Of a stretch of DNA of 64,000 nt, positions 1-9,475 are shown piece after piece. The stretch is from an uncultured Acidobacteriaceae bacterium. GTDB lineage: Bacteria > Acidobacteriota > Terriglobia > Terriglobales > Acidobacteriaceae. Position 1 is the first letter of the stretch. Every line of letters starts with the position of its first letter. Below the pieces are notes generated by a model. It did no database searches, was not told the DNA's origin, and was given only the letters and a program-made list of their open reading frames with translations. The stretch spans positions 1,781 to 65,780 of the forward strand of contig CAWFFD010000001.1 of the NCBI GenBank assembly GCA_963815025.1. The letters run 5' to 3'. The position numbers and the translations under genes are program-made.

Positions 1-3000
1 GCTGTAGCCCAACACCGGGAACAGCCTCAGTAAATCTCCATTTCCTCCGTAGAAGATATAGCCCTCGAAATACGCCGGAGTCGACGATGCGCCATTGGGC
101 AGCGCATTGGTCATGGTAAGGAAGTTGTTGTCGTTCTGGCCGTCATACTCGCCCATGGAGCCGCCGGTCCGGCTGAGCTCATAGATGTTGCCGTCCTTCC
201 CTGCTCCTACAGCGAGCGACAGAGCTGTATTAGGGTCAAGCTGAATATCAGGCATCAGCAATATACCGCCGGATCCCTGGTCCTGATAGTTTGTCGATTC
301 CGGCACGCCATTCAGTGGCTCGAAGTAGTCGAACACGCTCATCACGCCATTCGAACTCTGGATTTGGACGTAGCCGTTGCCGTAATCGCCATTTACCGGG
401 AACCCGCCGTTCAGCGTCGTATCGAATGTACCGTTCGACGTGATCAGGAACACGCTCCCATACTGATCCGCAGCCGGCCCCGCACCGCTCATCCAGATGC
501 CGCCGCCGCTTCCGTTCGGTGTCAGATCCAGCACCGACTGCTGCGCGAGGGTTGCTTCGCCGTAGGCCATCACCCAGCCGTCGTAATCGAACGATGTCTG
601 CTGGCACGGCGCGCCCCACGAGAGATACACCGTGCCTTGGCTCAGCAACAGAGCTGAACGCTCGACAAAGATGCCTGGGTCGAAGGTTTGCGTTACCCCG
701 CCATTCGCTGGGTAGGTCGCTGCTATTTCCACCGGGCTGCCGGTCAGTTCGGCGCCGGTCGTCAAGTCCAGCGCGTGCAGCCGCTGGTGGTAGTTGCCGC
801 CGCTGTCCTTGGTCTTGGCGACGAAGTAGATCGCACCGTCCGTTCCATAGTAGCGGTCAATCACCGGCGTCGATGTGATCCCGACCTGCGAGGAAAGCTC
901 GTTGCAGCCCTGATTGTCAGCCGCCGTCTCGCTCGCTTGTAACGCTGACGTCTTCCATAATTGTGCGCCGCTGCTCGCATCCAACGCGTAAACGCTGTCG
1001 TTTTCTGTCGCAACATACAGCACGTTGCGCGGCGGCTGCGCGCCAATCGTCACAGCCGACAAATAGAGCGGCTGCGCATCTACCTCGCCATCCATCGCCA
1101 GGACCATGCGTCTGCCAAACGTAGCGGCGACACTTGTCGGTGTCAGGTTGGGCTCTTGATTATCCAGTCCCGTCCTGCCCATGTCGTAGTGCCAGGTCGG
1201 CACATCGAGACCCGTGTTTGTCGGATTCACCACCGTCAAAGCCAGGGGAGCGCTTCCGTTTACCGAGTTCACCTGGCCAAGGAACGTCACTGTGTATGTC
1301 CCCGGCGTCGCGTTCCCGGCAGCAATCACCGTGAAGGTCTGCGCAACTCCCGGAGTCAATACCGCGGTAGCGGGGCTCACCGTGATGCCGCTCGGCAGAT
1401 TCGGCGCCGACACATTCACCGGTCCCGTGTAGCCCTGCGTCGCGGTCGCCGTAATGGAAACCGTGCCGATCGAGCCCGTCGTGACCGTCTCGCTGGTCGG
1501 CGAGAGCGCCAGCGAAACAAAATCCAGCGGCGCCTGACCGGACACCGTCAGGGCCAGCGTTGCCGTATGCGTCAGTACTCCCGAAGTCCCCGTAATCGTC
1601 ACCGTGGCAGTGCCAATCGTTGCGTCAGACGCCACCACAAAGACAACCGGGTCCATCCAGCCGCTCTCTAGCGTGCCTTGCGACGGTATGACTGTCACTC
1701 CGGTGGGCAAGCCGCTCACCGCAAACGTCACATTGCCGCTGAAGCCGTTTATACCCGTCACACCGATATCCACCGGATCGCTCTCGGCGCCCTGCGCCAC
1801 GGTTATGGCGTTCGGTGCTGCAGCAATAGTGAAATCAGGCCCCGCGGGACTGACCGCGTTGACAGTCAGCTGGAGCGTTGCTGTGTGCACCAGCGTTCCA
1901 GAGGTTCCAACGAAGCTCACCTGCACCGGCGTCGTCGTTGCGGGAGCGTCGTTCGCGGCCGTCAGCGTAACCACCAGAGGATTCCCCGAGGTCAGCGATA
2001 ACGGCGTCGGCGACACGGTCACCCCGGTCGGCAGGCCCTGCACCGCTACCGTGATCGTCCCGCTGAAGCCGTTGAGCGCCGTGCTGCTCAATGTCACCTG
2101 CCCATTCGCACCGGGCGTCAGCGACAGTGTCTGCGGAGCCACCGTGAGCGTAAAGTCCGGGTTGACAGGGGGAGTAATTCCAACCACAGTCAGCTGGAGT
2201 GTCGCCGTGTGCGACAGCGCTCCAGAGGTGCCGACGAAGTTCACCTGTACCGGCGTCGTCGTTGCGGGAGCGTCGTTCGCGGCCGTCAGCGTGATCGCCA
2301 CAGGATTCCCCGAGGTCAGCGATATCGTCGTCGGCGACATGGTCACGCCGGTCGGCAGGCCCTGCACCGCCACCGAAATCGTCCCGGTGAAACCATTGAT
2401 CGCCGCGCTGCTCAATGTCACCTGCCCATTCGCACCGGGCGTCAGCGACAGTGTCTGCGGAGCCAACGCGAGCGTAAAGTCCGGGTTTACGGGGGGAGTA
2501 GTTCCAAGCACAGTCAGCTGGAGCGTTGCCGTGTGCGACAGCGTTCCGGAGGTTCCAACGAAGCTCACCTGTACCGGCGTCGTCGTTGCGGGAGCATCGT
2601 TCGCGGCCGTCAGCGTAATCACCACAGGATTCCCCGGGGTCAGCGATAACGGCGTCGGCGACACGGTCACTCCGGTCGGCAAGCCCTGCACCGCTACCGT
2701 GATCGCCCCGTTGAAGCCATCGATCGCCGCGCTGCTCAACGTCACCTGCCCAGCCGCACCGGGGGTCAGCGACAGTGTCTGCGGAGCCACCGTAAGCGTA
2801 AAGTCCGGGTTGACGGGCGGGGTAGTACCAGCCAAAGTCAGCTGAAGTGTTGCCGTGTGCGACAGCGTTCCAGAGGTGCCAACGAAGCTCACCTGTACCG
2901 GCGTCGTCGTTGCGGGAGCGTCGTCCGCCGCCGTCAGCGTAATCACCACAGGATTCGTCGATGTCAGAGATATCGTCGCCGGCGACACGGTCACGCCAGT

Positions 3001-3558
3001 CGGCAGGCCCTTCACCGCCACCGCAATCGTCCCGGTGAAGCCGTTGATCGCCGCGCTGCTCAACGTCACCTGCCCAGCCGCACCGGGGGTCAGCGACAGT
3101 GTCTGCGGGGCAGTCGTGAGCGTAAAGTCCGGGCTGCCTGGGGGGTTCGTCGTCGCCGTCACTGTGAGCGCAACCGTTGCATTTGTGCTCAGGTCGCCCG
3201 ATGCGCCATACACCTTCACATTCGTCGTACCTATCACTGCATTTGCCGCGGCCGTCAGCGTGAACGTGGTGCTCGAACCCACCGTAACCGTCGCCGTCGC
3301 GGGCGTTACCGTCACGCCCGTGGGAAGCCCGGTCACAGAAACCTGAACTGATCCCGTGAAGTTATTCGAACTGGCCGGCGTCACCGTGAATGTACGGGTC
3401 GATCCCTGTGCGATGGTCACCGCAGCCTCTGCACCGAGCGTGAAGCTGCCCGTACCGCCGCCGGTAGAACCGTCAGTCGACGTAGAACCGCAGCCGGCAA
3501 TCAGAGCCATCAGACCCAAGCACACTAGCGAGAGAAGGGAAGTTTTCGTGCGACGCAT
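1..3558 (-). CDS. Large secreted lipoprotein with signal peptide and lipobox, about 5 tandem Ig-like repeats and a C-terminal PQQ-like beta-propeller; C-terminus runs off the left edge
   Basis: Hand translation of the minus strand from ATG 3558-3556 gives MRRTKTSLLSLVCLGLMALIAGCGSTS (signal peptide plus lipobox). The frame stays open to position 1, which is why it is missing from the ORF track. Positions 1020-961 read LYVATENDSVYALDASSGAQ, a propeller-blade motif. Plus-strand ORFs 1604-2845 and 2855-3346 are its antisense shadows. Confidence 0.8.
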   Translation of the reverse strand, partial: MRRTKTSLLSLVCLGLMALIAGCGSTSTDGSTGGGTGSFTLGAEAAVTIAQGSTRTFTVTPASSNNFTGSVQVSVTGLPTGVTVTPATATVTVGSSTTFTLTAAANAVIGTTNVKVYGASGDLSTNATVALTVTATTNPPGSPDFTLTTAPQTLSLTPGAAGQVTLSSAAINGFTGTIAVAVKGLPTGVTVSPATISLTSTNPVVITLTAADDAPATTTPVQVSFVGTSGTLSHTATLQLTLAGTTPPVNPDFTLTVAPQTLSLTPGAAGQVTLSSAAIDGFNGAITVAVQGLPTGVTVSPTPLSLTPGNPVVITLTAANDAPATTTPVQVSFVGTSGTLSHTATLQLTVLGTTPPVNPDFTLALAPQTLSLTPGANGQVTLSSAAINGFTGTISVAVQGLPTGVTMSPTTISLTSGNPVAITLTAANDAPATTTPVQVNFVGTSGALSHTATLQLTVVGITPPVNPDFTLTVAPQTLSLTPGANGQVTLSSTALNGFSGTITVAVQGLPTGVTVSPTPLSLTSGNPLVVTLTAANDAPATTTPVQVSFVGTSGTLVHTATLQLTVNAVSPAGPDFTIAAAPNAITVAQGAESDPVDIGVTGINGFSGNVTFAVSGLPTGVTVIPSQGTLESGWMDPVVFVVASDATIGTATVTITGTSGVLTHTATLALTVSGQAPLDFVSLALSPTSETVTTGSIGTVSITATATQGYTGPVNVSAPNLPSGITVSPATAVLTPGVAQTFTVIAAGNATPGTYTVTFLGQVNSVNGSAPLALTVVNPTNTGLDVPTWHYDMGRTGLDNQEPNLTPTSVAATFGRRMVLAMDGEVDAQPLYLSAVTIGAQPPRNVLYVATENDSVYALDASSGAQLWKTSALQASETAADNQGCNELSSQVGITSTPVIDRYYGTDGAIYFVAKTKDSGGNYHQRLHALDLTTGAELTGSPVEIAATYPANGGVTQTFDPGIFVERSALLLSQGTVYLSWGAPCQQTSFDYDGWVMAYGEATLAQQSVLDLTPNGSGGGIWMSGAGPAADQYGSVFLITSNGTFDTTLNGGFPVNGDYGNGYVQIQSSNGVMSVFDYFEPLNGVPESTNYQDQGSGGILLMPDIQLDPNTALSLAVGAGKDGNIYELSRTGGSMGEYDGQNDNNFLTMTNALPNGASSTPAYFEGYIFYGGNGDLLRLFPVLGYS
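1545..3165. repeat. About 5 tandem copies of a 324-bp (108-codon) unit inside the lipoprotein gene
   Basis: The unit recurs every 108 codons in the shadow ORF 1604-2845 (TVSWSVAVC...GLTGGV). Unit starts lie near 1545, 1866, 2190, 2514 and 2838. On the coding strand each unit ends in ...GTSGTLSHTATLQLTV. Confidence 0.8.
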
Positions 3559-3692
3559 CCGGGGGAAACCTCACATGGGCGCGCCTCTATACGTATGGGC
3601 GACCCTTTCGATTGGCTAATCGTAACAATGGAGGTAACCGGTGTAACATGACTCTTCGCGTATATAGCATTGCCACTTTAGTGTGATTTGGC

Positions 3693-5039
3693 TCAAACCG
3701 CGACCGCGGTGGTCTGCTCCGGCCACCAGGCGTCGAACGCCGCTAGCGCCCGCTCGCACTGCAGCTTGTGCCGCTCGCGTTTGTCGCGGACCTTCCGCCG
3801 CGTCCCTTCCTCCAGCGCCTCCAGCAGATCGAAGGTGATGTTTGCTGGCTGAAAATGCTTCAGGTCTGCGCGTGTGATGTAGTTCACCAGCGAGCCCAGC
3901 GCCGTCCCGCGCGGCACCGGCGTCACCGGTAGTCCCTGCGCGCGCCGCGCCGCGTACAGGCCCGCCAGCATCCCGGTCGCCATCGACTCCGTGTACCCCT
4001 CCACGCCCGAAATCTGTCCCGCAAACAGCAGCTTCGGATGCTCCCGCATTGCCAGCGTCGCATCCAGCAGCCGGGGTGACTCTATGTAGGTATTGCGGTG
4101 GATCTGCCCATAGCGCAGGAAGCGCGCATTCTCGAGGCCGGGTATCAGCCGCAGCACCCGCGCCTGTTCGCCGAACTTCAAATGGTTCTGGAATCCCACC
4201 AGGTTGTAGGAGTCCGCCCGGAGATTTTCGCAGCGCAATTGCACCACCGCCCACGGCGTCTTCCCGGTGCGCGGATCGCGCAAACCCACCGGCTTCATAG
4301 GCCCAAAGCGTGGCGTATCCCGCCCGCGCCGCGCCAGTTCCTCGATCGGCAGGCAGCCCTCGAAGTACTGCAGCTGCTCCCACTCCTTCGCCTCCACGCC
4401 CTCCGCGGTTACCAGCGCATCGTAGAAGCGGTCATACTCTTCCTTGTTCATCGGGCAGTTGATGTAGTCCGCCGTCCCTTTGTCCCACCGCGCCGCCATG
4501 TAGACCTTCTCGCGGTCAATCGTCTCCGCATCCACGATCGGCGAGATCGAGTCGTAAAACGCCAGATGCTCCTGCCCGGCCAGCCGCGCAACCTCGCTCG
4601 ACAGCGCCGGAGAGGTCAGTGGCCCGGTGGCCACAATCGTGAGCCCATCAAAATCGCCTTCCTGACCTTCCAGCTGGGTCACTTCTTCGCGCACCACCGT
4701 GATCCGGGGCTCGCGCGCAATCGCCTCGCCAATCCGCCGCGAAAACTCGGCGCGATCTACCGCCAGCGCATGCCCTGCGGGGACGGCGCACTCGTCCGCC
4801 AGCCGCAGCAGCACCGATCCCGCCCGCCGCATCTCCTGCTTCAGCAGCCACGGCGCCGTGTTCTCGCTCTCCGATTTCAGCGAGTTCGAGCACACCAGCT
4901 CCCCAAAATCCGCCGTCTGGTGCGCCGGCGTCTGCCGCACCGGCCGCATCTCATACAGCAGCACCTCTGAGCCGTGCCCAGCCGCCATCAACGCAGCCTC
5001 TGGACCTGCCAGGCCGCCACCAATCACTCGTATCCGCAT
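3693..5039 (-). CDS. trmFO: Methylenetetrahydrofolate--tRNA-(uracil-5-)-methyltransferase TrmFO
   Basis: MRIRVIGGGLAGPEAA FAD-binding N-terminus, VCSNSLKS and LFFAGQISGVEGYTES match TrmFO/Gid. Start placed at internal ATG 5039; the ORF opens at 5078. Confidence 0.9.
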   Translation of the reverse strand: MRIRVIGGGLAGPEAALMAAGHGSEVLLYEMRPVRQTPAHQTADFGELVCSNSLKSESENTAPWLLKQEMRRAGSVLLRLADECAVPAGHALAVDRAEFSRRIGEAIAREPRITVVREEVTQLEGQEGDFDGLTIVATGPLTSPALSSEVARLAGQEHLAFYDSISPIVDAETIDREKVYMAARWDKGTADYINCPMNKEEYDRFYDALVTAEGVEAKEWEQLQYFEGCLPIEELARRGRDTPRFGPMKPVGLRDPRTGKTPWAVVQLRCENLRADSYNLVGFQNHLKFGEQARVLRLIPGLENARFLRYGQIHRNTYIESPRLLDATLAMREHPKLLFAGQISGVEGYTESMATGMLAGLYAARRAQGLPVTPVPRGTALGSLVNYITRADLKHFQPANITFDLLEALEEGTRRKVRDKRERHKLQCERALAAFDAWWPEQTTAVAV

Positions 5040-5266
5040 AGCCAAGCCTTCATTATAGGAAGCTCTTCCGCCGTCCATCCCTCAGCTACTCTCGTCATCG
5101 CGATCGGAACGAAGCGCGGTGGAGAGATCGGCGGTTCCGCTCCCTGGGCAATATTGCGGACGCCCCAGCCCAATCCCAGGGCCGGATACCACCCAAGCCC
5201 GCACCTCACCGATCCCGGTTCCCACCCCCCATGTTGCTTTCCGGCCTTTTCCTGCATCAGAGTGGG

Positions 5267-6037
5267 ATGGGAATGAACGACCAGACACTCTCGTCCAACT
5301 CCAGCAGTCCGCGCTCCCGCGCCGTCGTCTGCCTCTCCGGCGGCATGGACTCCGCTGTCTGCGCGGCCATCGCTGCCCGCCAGCATGAGACCTATGCCCT
5401 GCACTTCAGCTACGGACAACGCACCGAGCAACGCGAGCTGGCCAGCGCTCGCGCCATCGCCACTGAACTGCAGCTCGCCCGGTTTCTCCCGCTTTCCATC
5501 GACATCTTTCGCATCATCGGCGGCTCCGCCCTCACCGACACCAGCATCGCCGTGCCCGACGCGGCCCCCGACGGCCCGAACGCCGGCGCCATCGGCGCCG
5601 GCATTCCCGTCACCTACGTGCCCTTCCGTAACGCGCACTTCCTCTCCGCCGCCGTCAGTTGGGCGGAGGTGCTCGGCGCCGAGGCCATCTACATCGGTGC
5701 GGTCGAGCAGGATAGCTCCGGCTATCCCGACTGCCGTCCCGCCTACTACGAAGCCTTTCAGGAACTCATCCGCACCGGCACGCGCGATGGCTCCATTCGT
5801 ATTGAAACGCCCCTTATCTCCATGCGCAAGCACGAGATAGTCCGCCGCGGCCTTGAACTCTCCGCGCCCTTCCATGTAACGTGGTCCTGCTATACAGGCA
5901 ATCAGGCCGCCTGCGGCACATGTGAAAGTTGCATCCTGCGGCTTCGCGCCTTCGCCGAAGCAGGAGTCGACGACCCCATCCCCTACGCTACCGACTGGAA
6001 ACAGACGGCCAACGCCCCTAAAGGAGAAAGAGTATGA
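5267..6037 (+). CDS. queC: 7-cyano-7-deazaguanine synthase QueC
   Basis: SGGMDS PP-loop and C-terminal CGTCESC zinc cluster. Start chosen at ATG 5267 (5273 is also possible). The stop overlaps the next start (ATGA at 6034-6037). Confidence 0.9.
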   Translation: MGMNDQTLSSNSSSPRSRAVVCLSGGMDSAVCAAIAARQHETYALHFSYGQRTEQRELASARAIATELQLARFLPLSIDIFRIIGGSALTDTSIAVPDAAPDGPNAGAIGAGIPVTYVPFRNAHFLSAAVSWAEVLGAEAIYIGAVEQDSSGYPDCRPAYYEAFQELIRTGTRDGSIRIETPLISMRKHEIVRRGLELSAPFHVTWSCYTGNQAACGTCESCILRLRAFAEAGVDDPIPYATDWKQTANAPKGERV

Positions 6038-7122
6038 CGAAGAAGCTTTGGCTCGCCGCAGCCCTGATCACGCCACTGGCGGCATTTGGCCAGGCGCCGA
6101 CCACCGGTTCCCTCCACGGTCACGCGCAGGATCCTGCCGGCACGCCGCTGGCGAACGTCCAGATCCAGGTCTCTACTGACGGCAAAAACGCCTTGTACAC
6201 CTTTAACTCGGATGCGAGCGGCAACTACAAGGGCGACAACATCAAGCCGGGCACCTACGTCGTCACCATGTTTGTCAAAGGCCCGAACGACGCCAACTAC
6301 AAGGCTGTGGACCGCTTTGAGAGCGTCAAGATCGAGGCCGGGGCCAACGCTACTCAGGACTTCGACCTCTCCCGTCCCGAATACATCAAGAAGCTATCGC
6401 CCGAAGAGCAGAAGCAGCTCGCCGACATGAAGTCCAAGAACGCCGGCATCATGAAGGAAAACTCGCAGGTCAAGAACCTGAACGCCGACCTCGCGACCGC
6501 GCGCCAGGACATCAAGGACAAGAAGTTCGATGACGCCGCCACTCTGATGCAGAAGGACACCACCGCCAAGCCGGATGCAGGCGTTCTCTGGGTGGAGCTG
6601 GCCATCGCGCAGAACGGTCTGAAGAAGTACGACGACGCCATCACCTCCGCCAAGAAGGCGATCGAAACCAACGCGGCCTCAAAGAAGCCCAGCCCGGAGA
6701 TTGAAGGCGCCGCCAACAACACCCTCGGCGAGGCCTACGCCGGGAAGAACCAGATTCCTGACGCCACCGCTGCCTACGATGCCGCCGCGAAAGCGCAACC
6801 AGCCAACGCCGGCATGTACTTTTCCAACGAAGCCATCGTGCTCGCCAAGTCTGGAAGCAATGCCGACGCTGTCGCTGCGGCAGCCGACAAGGCGATCGCC
6901 GCCGATCCCAGCAAGCCAGTCCCCTACTATCTGAAGGGTCAGGCCCTCATCGCCAAAGCTACCGTCGATCCCAAGACCAACAAGATCGTCGCGCCCCCCG
7001 GCTGCGAGGAGGCTTACGAGAAATACCTCCAGCTCGATCCCAATGGCCCCATGGCCGCCGACGCCAAAAACATCCTGGAGCAGATCGGCAGCAAGCAGGC
7101 CAAGAGCTACCACGCCAAGTAA
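6034..7122 (+). CDS. Secreted protein with a CarboxypepD_reg-like N-domain and TPR-like C-terminal half
   Basis: Signal peptide MTKKLWLAAALITPLAAFGQA. GSLHGHAQDPAGTPLANVQIQV...GNYKGDNIKPGTYVV is a typical carboxypeptidase-regulatory fold pattern. The C-terminal half is Ala-rich helical repeats. Confidence 0.7.
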   Translation: MTKKLWLAAALITPLAAFGQAPTTGSLHGHAQDPAGTPLANVQIQVSTDGKNALYTFNSDASGNYKGDNIKPGTYVVTMFVKGPNDANYKAVDRFESVKIEAGANATQDFDLSRPEYIKKLSPEEQKQLADMKSKNAGIMKENSQVKNLNADLATARQDIKDKKFDDAATLMQKDTTAKPDAGVLWVELAIAQNGLKKYDDAITSAKKAIETNAASKKPSPEIEGAANNTLGEAYAGKNQIPDATAAYDAAAKAQPANAGMYFSNEAIVLAKSGSNADAVAAAADKAIAADPSKPVPYYLKGQALIAKATVDPKTNKIVAPPGCEEAYEKYLQLDPNGPMAADAKNILEQIGSKQAKSYHAK

Positions 7123-7140
7123 CCAGGCCCGCCTCCGGAC

Positions 7141-7168
7141 AACGGCGCCGCCCCCAAGCGGCGCCGTT
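7141..7168 (+). terminator. Perfect 11-bp stem hairpin downstream of 6034-7122
   Basis: AACGGCGCCGC-ccccaa-GCGGCGCCGTT. There is no clear U-tract, so its role as a terminator is uncertain. Confidence 0.4.
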
Positions 7169-7207
7169 CCGCATGGCCGTCGCAAGTCGAGCGCACAATA
7201 GGACCGA

Positions 7208-8452
7208 GTGGCCACCATCCTCACCTACGCTGAAGCTGCTGCGCTTGTTCTGGAGCAGGCTCAGCGGCTCGCATCCACAATTCCGCGAACCATCGAGCAG
7301 ATCTCGCTCCTGCATGCCCACGATCGTATCCTTGCCGCTCCCATACTCGCCGATCGCGACCTGCCGCCCTTCCACCGCTCCACCCGCGATGGCTATGCCA
7401 TCCAGGCCGCCGCGCTCGCCACCGGGGCCTGGCTTCCTGTCGTTGGAACCCTCCGCGCCGGGGAACCAGCCCCATCGACTCCAGTCGCGCCTGGCACCGC
7501 CCTCGAGATCATGACCGGCGCGCCCATCCCTGAGGGCGCCGACGCTGTCGTCATGCTCGAACACGTCGAAATTGCAGACGGTAAAATCCGCCTCCAGCCA
7601 GACCGAACCGTTCGTCCCGGCAGCCACATCGTCCCCGCAGGCAGCGAAGCTCACTTGGGCGATCCTTTAGTCGCCGCCGGCACACGCATTGCCCCCACCC
7701 ACGTTGGCGCTCTCGCCGCGGCCGGCGCCGCTGAGGTCGCGGTCTTCGCAAAGCCCCGCGTCGCCATTCTTGCCACGGGCGATGAACTGGTCGAGATCGA
7801 CGCTACCCCGCAGCCGCACCAGATCCGCAACTCCAACAGCTATAGCCTCAGCGCTCAGGTCACCGTCGCCGGCGGCGAACCGGTTCGCCTCGGCATCGCG
7901 GGCGACAACCTCGAGGATCTGGGTGCCGCCCTCGATACCGCACAGCAATCCTGCGATCTCCTGCTTCTCTCCGGAGGTGTCTCCGCGGGCAAGTATGATT
8001 TGGTCGAGCAGGCACTCGCCGAACGCGGCGGCGTCTTCCACTTCACCGGTGTGCGCATCCAGCCCGGCAAGCCCGCTGTCTTCGGCGAGCTTCCACCCAA
8101 AGAATCAGGCGCAGCTCCGCTCCCCTTCTTCGGCCTGCCCGGTAACCCGGTCTCCACCATGGTCACCTTCCTGCTCTTCGCCGCGCCGCTGCTCCGTGCA
8201 CTCGCCGGCGAAGCCACGCCCGCCCCCCGCTTCGCGCAAGCAAGACTCACCGCAGCCGAACCTCCAGCCGACATCACCCGCTTCCTCCCGGCACATCTCG
8301 ACGCCGGCTGGGAACACGCCACCGTGCGCCGCATCCCCTGGCAAGGCTCCGGCGACCTCGCCGCCATCGCCCAATCCAACTGCTTCGTCGTCCTTCCGCC
8401 CGACACTGCCGTCGAAGCCGGCGCAACCGTGCAAGTCCTGCTGCCCGGGTAA
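7208..8452 (+). CDS. moeA: Molybdopterin molybdotransferase MoeA
   Basis: PPFHRSTRDGYAI, LLLSGGVSAGKYD and GLPGNPVS motifs; 414 aa. Confidence 0.9.
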   Translation: MATILTYAEAAALVLEQAQRLASTIPRTIEQISLLHAHDRILAAPILADRDLPPFHRSTRDGYAIQAAALATGAWLPVVGTLRAGEPAPSTPVAPGTALEIMTGAPIPEGADAVVMLEHVEIADGKIRLQPDRTVRPGSHIVPAGSEAHLGDPLVAAGTRIAPTHVGALAAAGAAEVAVFAKPRVAILATGDELVEIDATPQPHQIRNSNSYSLSAQVTVAGGEPVRLGIAGDNLEDLGAALDTAQQSCDLLLLSGGVSAGKYDLVEQALAERGGVFHFTGVRIQPGKPAVFGELPPKESGAAPLPFFGLPGNPVSTMVTFLLFAAPLLRALAGEATPAPRFAQARLTAAEPPADITRFLPAHLDAGWEHATVRRIPWQGSGDLAAIAQSNCFVVLPPDTAVEAGATVQVLLPG

Positions 8453-8455
8453 GTC

Positions 8456-8582
8456 GTCATGCCGAGCGAAACGAAGGACCTGCAGTCTCTAAACCAGGCG
8501 TCCCCATCGCCGGGCGTGAGCGACCATAGGGAGCGAACCCCGCAAAACGCGCCGGAGGCGCAATTGCCCATGCGGCCAGCAC
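8456..8582. repeat. Composite dispersed repeat (module A plus module B), copy 1
   Basis: Module A is GTCATGCCGAGCGAAACGAAGGACCTGCAG. Module B is GTGAGCGACCATAGGGAGCGAACC...CGCCGGAGGCGC...GCGGCCAGCAC. Close copies occur at 11705, 12665, 15965, 16882, 29785, 49581 and 49742. Confidence 0.75.
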
Positions 8583-8594
8583 TACACTCAACCC

Positions 8595-9083
8595 ATGGCG
8601 AAGAAGCCCAAAGACAACCTCTCCCACTATGACAAATCCGGCCGCGCCCGGATGGTTGACGTCAGCGCCAAGCCCTCCACCTGCCGCGAAGCCACCGCCT
8701 CCGCCTTCGTCGCGCTCTCGAAGCAGGTGCTGAAAGCGCTGCCCAAAAATCCCAAAGGAAATCCCCTCGAAATCGCTCGCATCGCCGGCATCCAGGGTGC
8801 GAAGAAGACATCCGAGCTGATCCCGATGTGTCACCCGCTCCCGCTCACCTTCATTGACGTAATCACTACAGTGACAAATAAGGGTATCGCCATCACGGCA
8901 TCCGCAGTGACCTCCGCCAACACCGGCGTCGAGATGGAAGCCCTCACCGCCGCCTCCATCGCCGCCCTCACCATCTACGACATGACCAAGGCACTCGACA
9001 AATCCATCACCATCGAGCACATCCAGTTGGAAAAGAAATCAGGCGGCAAAAGCGGTGATTACACGCGGACCGCTGCGAAGTAG
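8595..9083 (+). CDS. moaC: Cyclic pyranopterin monophosphate synthase MoaC
   Basis: MVDVSAKPST.REA and MCHPLPL motifs; 162 aa. Confidence 0.92.
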   Translation: MAKKPKDNLSHYDKSGRARMVDVSAKPSTCREATASAFVALSKQVLKALPKNPKGNPLEIARIAGIQGAKKTSELIPMCHPLPLTFIDVITTVTNKGIAITASAVTSANTGVEMEALTAASIAALTIYDMTKALDKSITIEHIQLEKKSGGKSGDYTRTAAK

Positions 9084-9091
9084 GCGAGCCG

Positions 9092-9412
9092 ATGATCCTC
9101 GAAGTCGCCATCCTCAATGTCATTCCCGGTCAGCAAAGAGCCTTCGAAGCAGCATTCAGGCGCGCCGCCCGGATCCTCGCCAGCATGCCCGGCTACATCT
9201 CCCACGAGCTTCGCCCCTGCATCGAGAACACCACCCGCTACATTCTGCTCGTGCAATGGCAGACTCTCGAAGACCACACCATCGGCTTCCGCGGATCGCG
9301 CGAATACCAGGAATGGAAAGCCCTTCTGCATCACTTCTACGACCCGTTTCCCATCGTCGAGCACTACTGTGAGCCCCTCTCTTTACAGGCACGCGCAACG
9401 CAGGATATCTGA
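9092..9412 (+). CDS. Antibiotic-biosynthesis-monooxygenase (ABM) family protein
   Basis: 106 aa. The ILEVAILNV...ILLVQWQTLEDH...F pattern fits dimeric alpha/beta-barrel ABM domains. Confidence 0.75.
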   Translation: MILEVAILNVIPGQQRAFEAAFRRAARILASMPGYISHELRPCIENTTRYILLVQWQTLEDHTIGFRGSREYQEWKALLHHFYDPFPIVEHYCEPLSLQARATQDI

Positions 9413-9437
9413 AGGGGCGATACCTATAAAAGGAAAA

Positions 9438-9455
9438 GCGCCCAAAGGGGGGCGC
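9438..9455. terminator. Hairpin between convergent genes
   Basis: GCGCCC-aaaggg-GGGCGC, flanked by an A-run upstream and CTTTCC downstream. Confidence 0.4.
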
Positions 9456-9475
9456 CTTTCCTGCCAGCTCGCGAC

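Noticed and set aside
1545-3165. Possible CRISPR array, considered for the regular repeats here and at 49575-49812 and 46595-46703
   Set aside because: The units are 324 bp, 161 bp and 15 bp with no unique spacers of CRISPR size. They are coding or REP-like, and no cas genes are present.
1604-3346. Long plus-strand ORFs (1604-2845, 2855-3346 and the Arg-rich 1678-2001, 2209-2649, 2857-3351) with striking internal repeats
   Set aside because: They are antisense or off-frame shadows of the minus-strand lipoprotein gene. That gene has a proper signal peptide, a lipobox and recognisable domain motifs. The repeats only mirror the 324-bp array.
5040-5266. preQ1 riboswitch upstream of queC, and a Mn/Fe riboswitch or Fur box in the 25997-26175 region upstream of the VIT1 gene
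   Set aside because: I could not find the conserved cores of the preQ1 or yybP-ykoY motifs, or a GATAATGATAATCATTATC-like Fur box, by eye. A covariance-model scan would be needed to say more.
8516-8582. Repeat module B as a tRNA-derived (SINE-like) element, because its reverse complement contains GGGTTCGCTCCC, which resembles a T-arm
   Set aside because: No acceptor, D or anticodon arms can be drawn around it, and the loop does not match the GTTCRANYC geometry. The resemblance is superficial.
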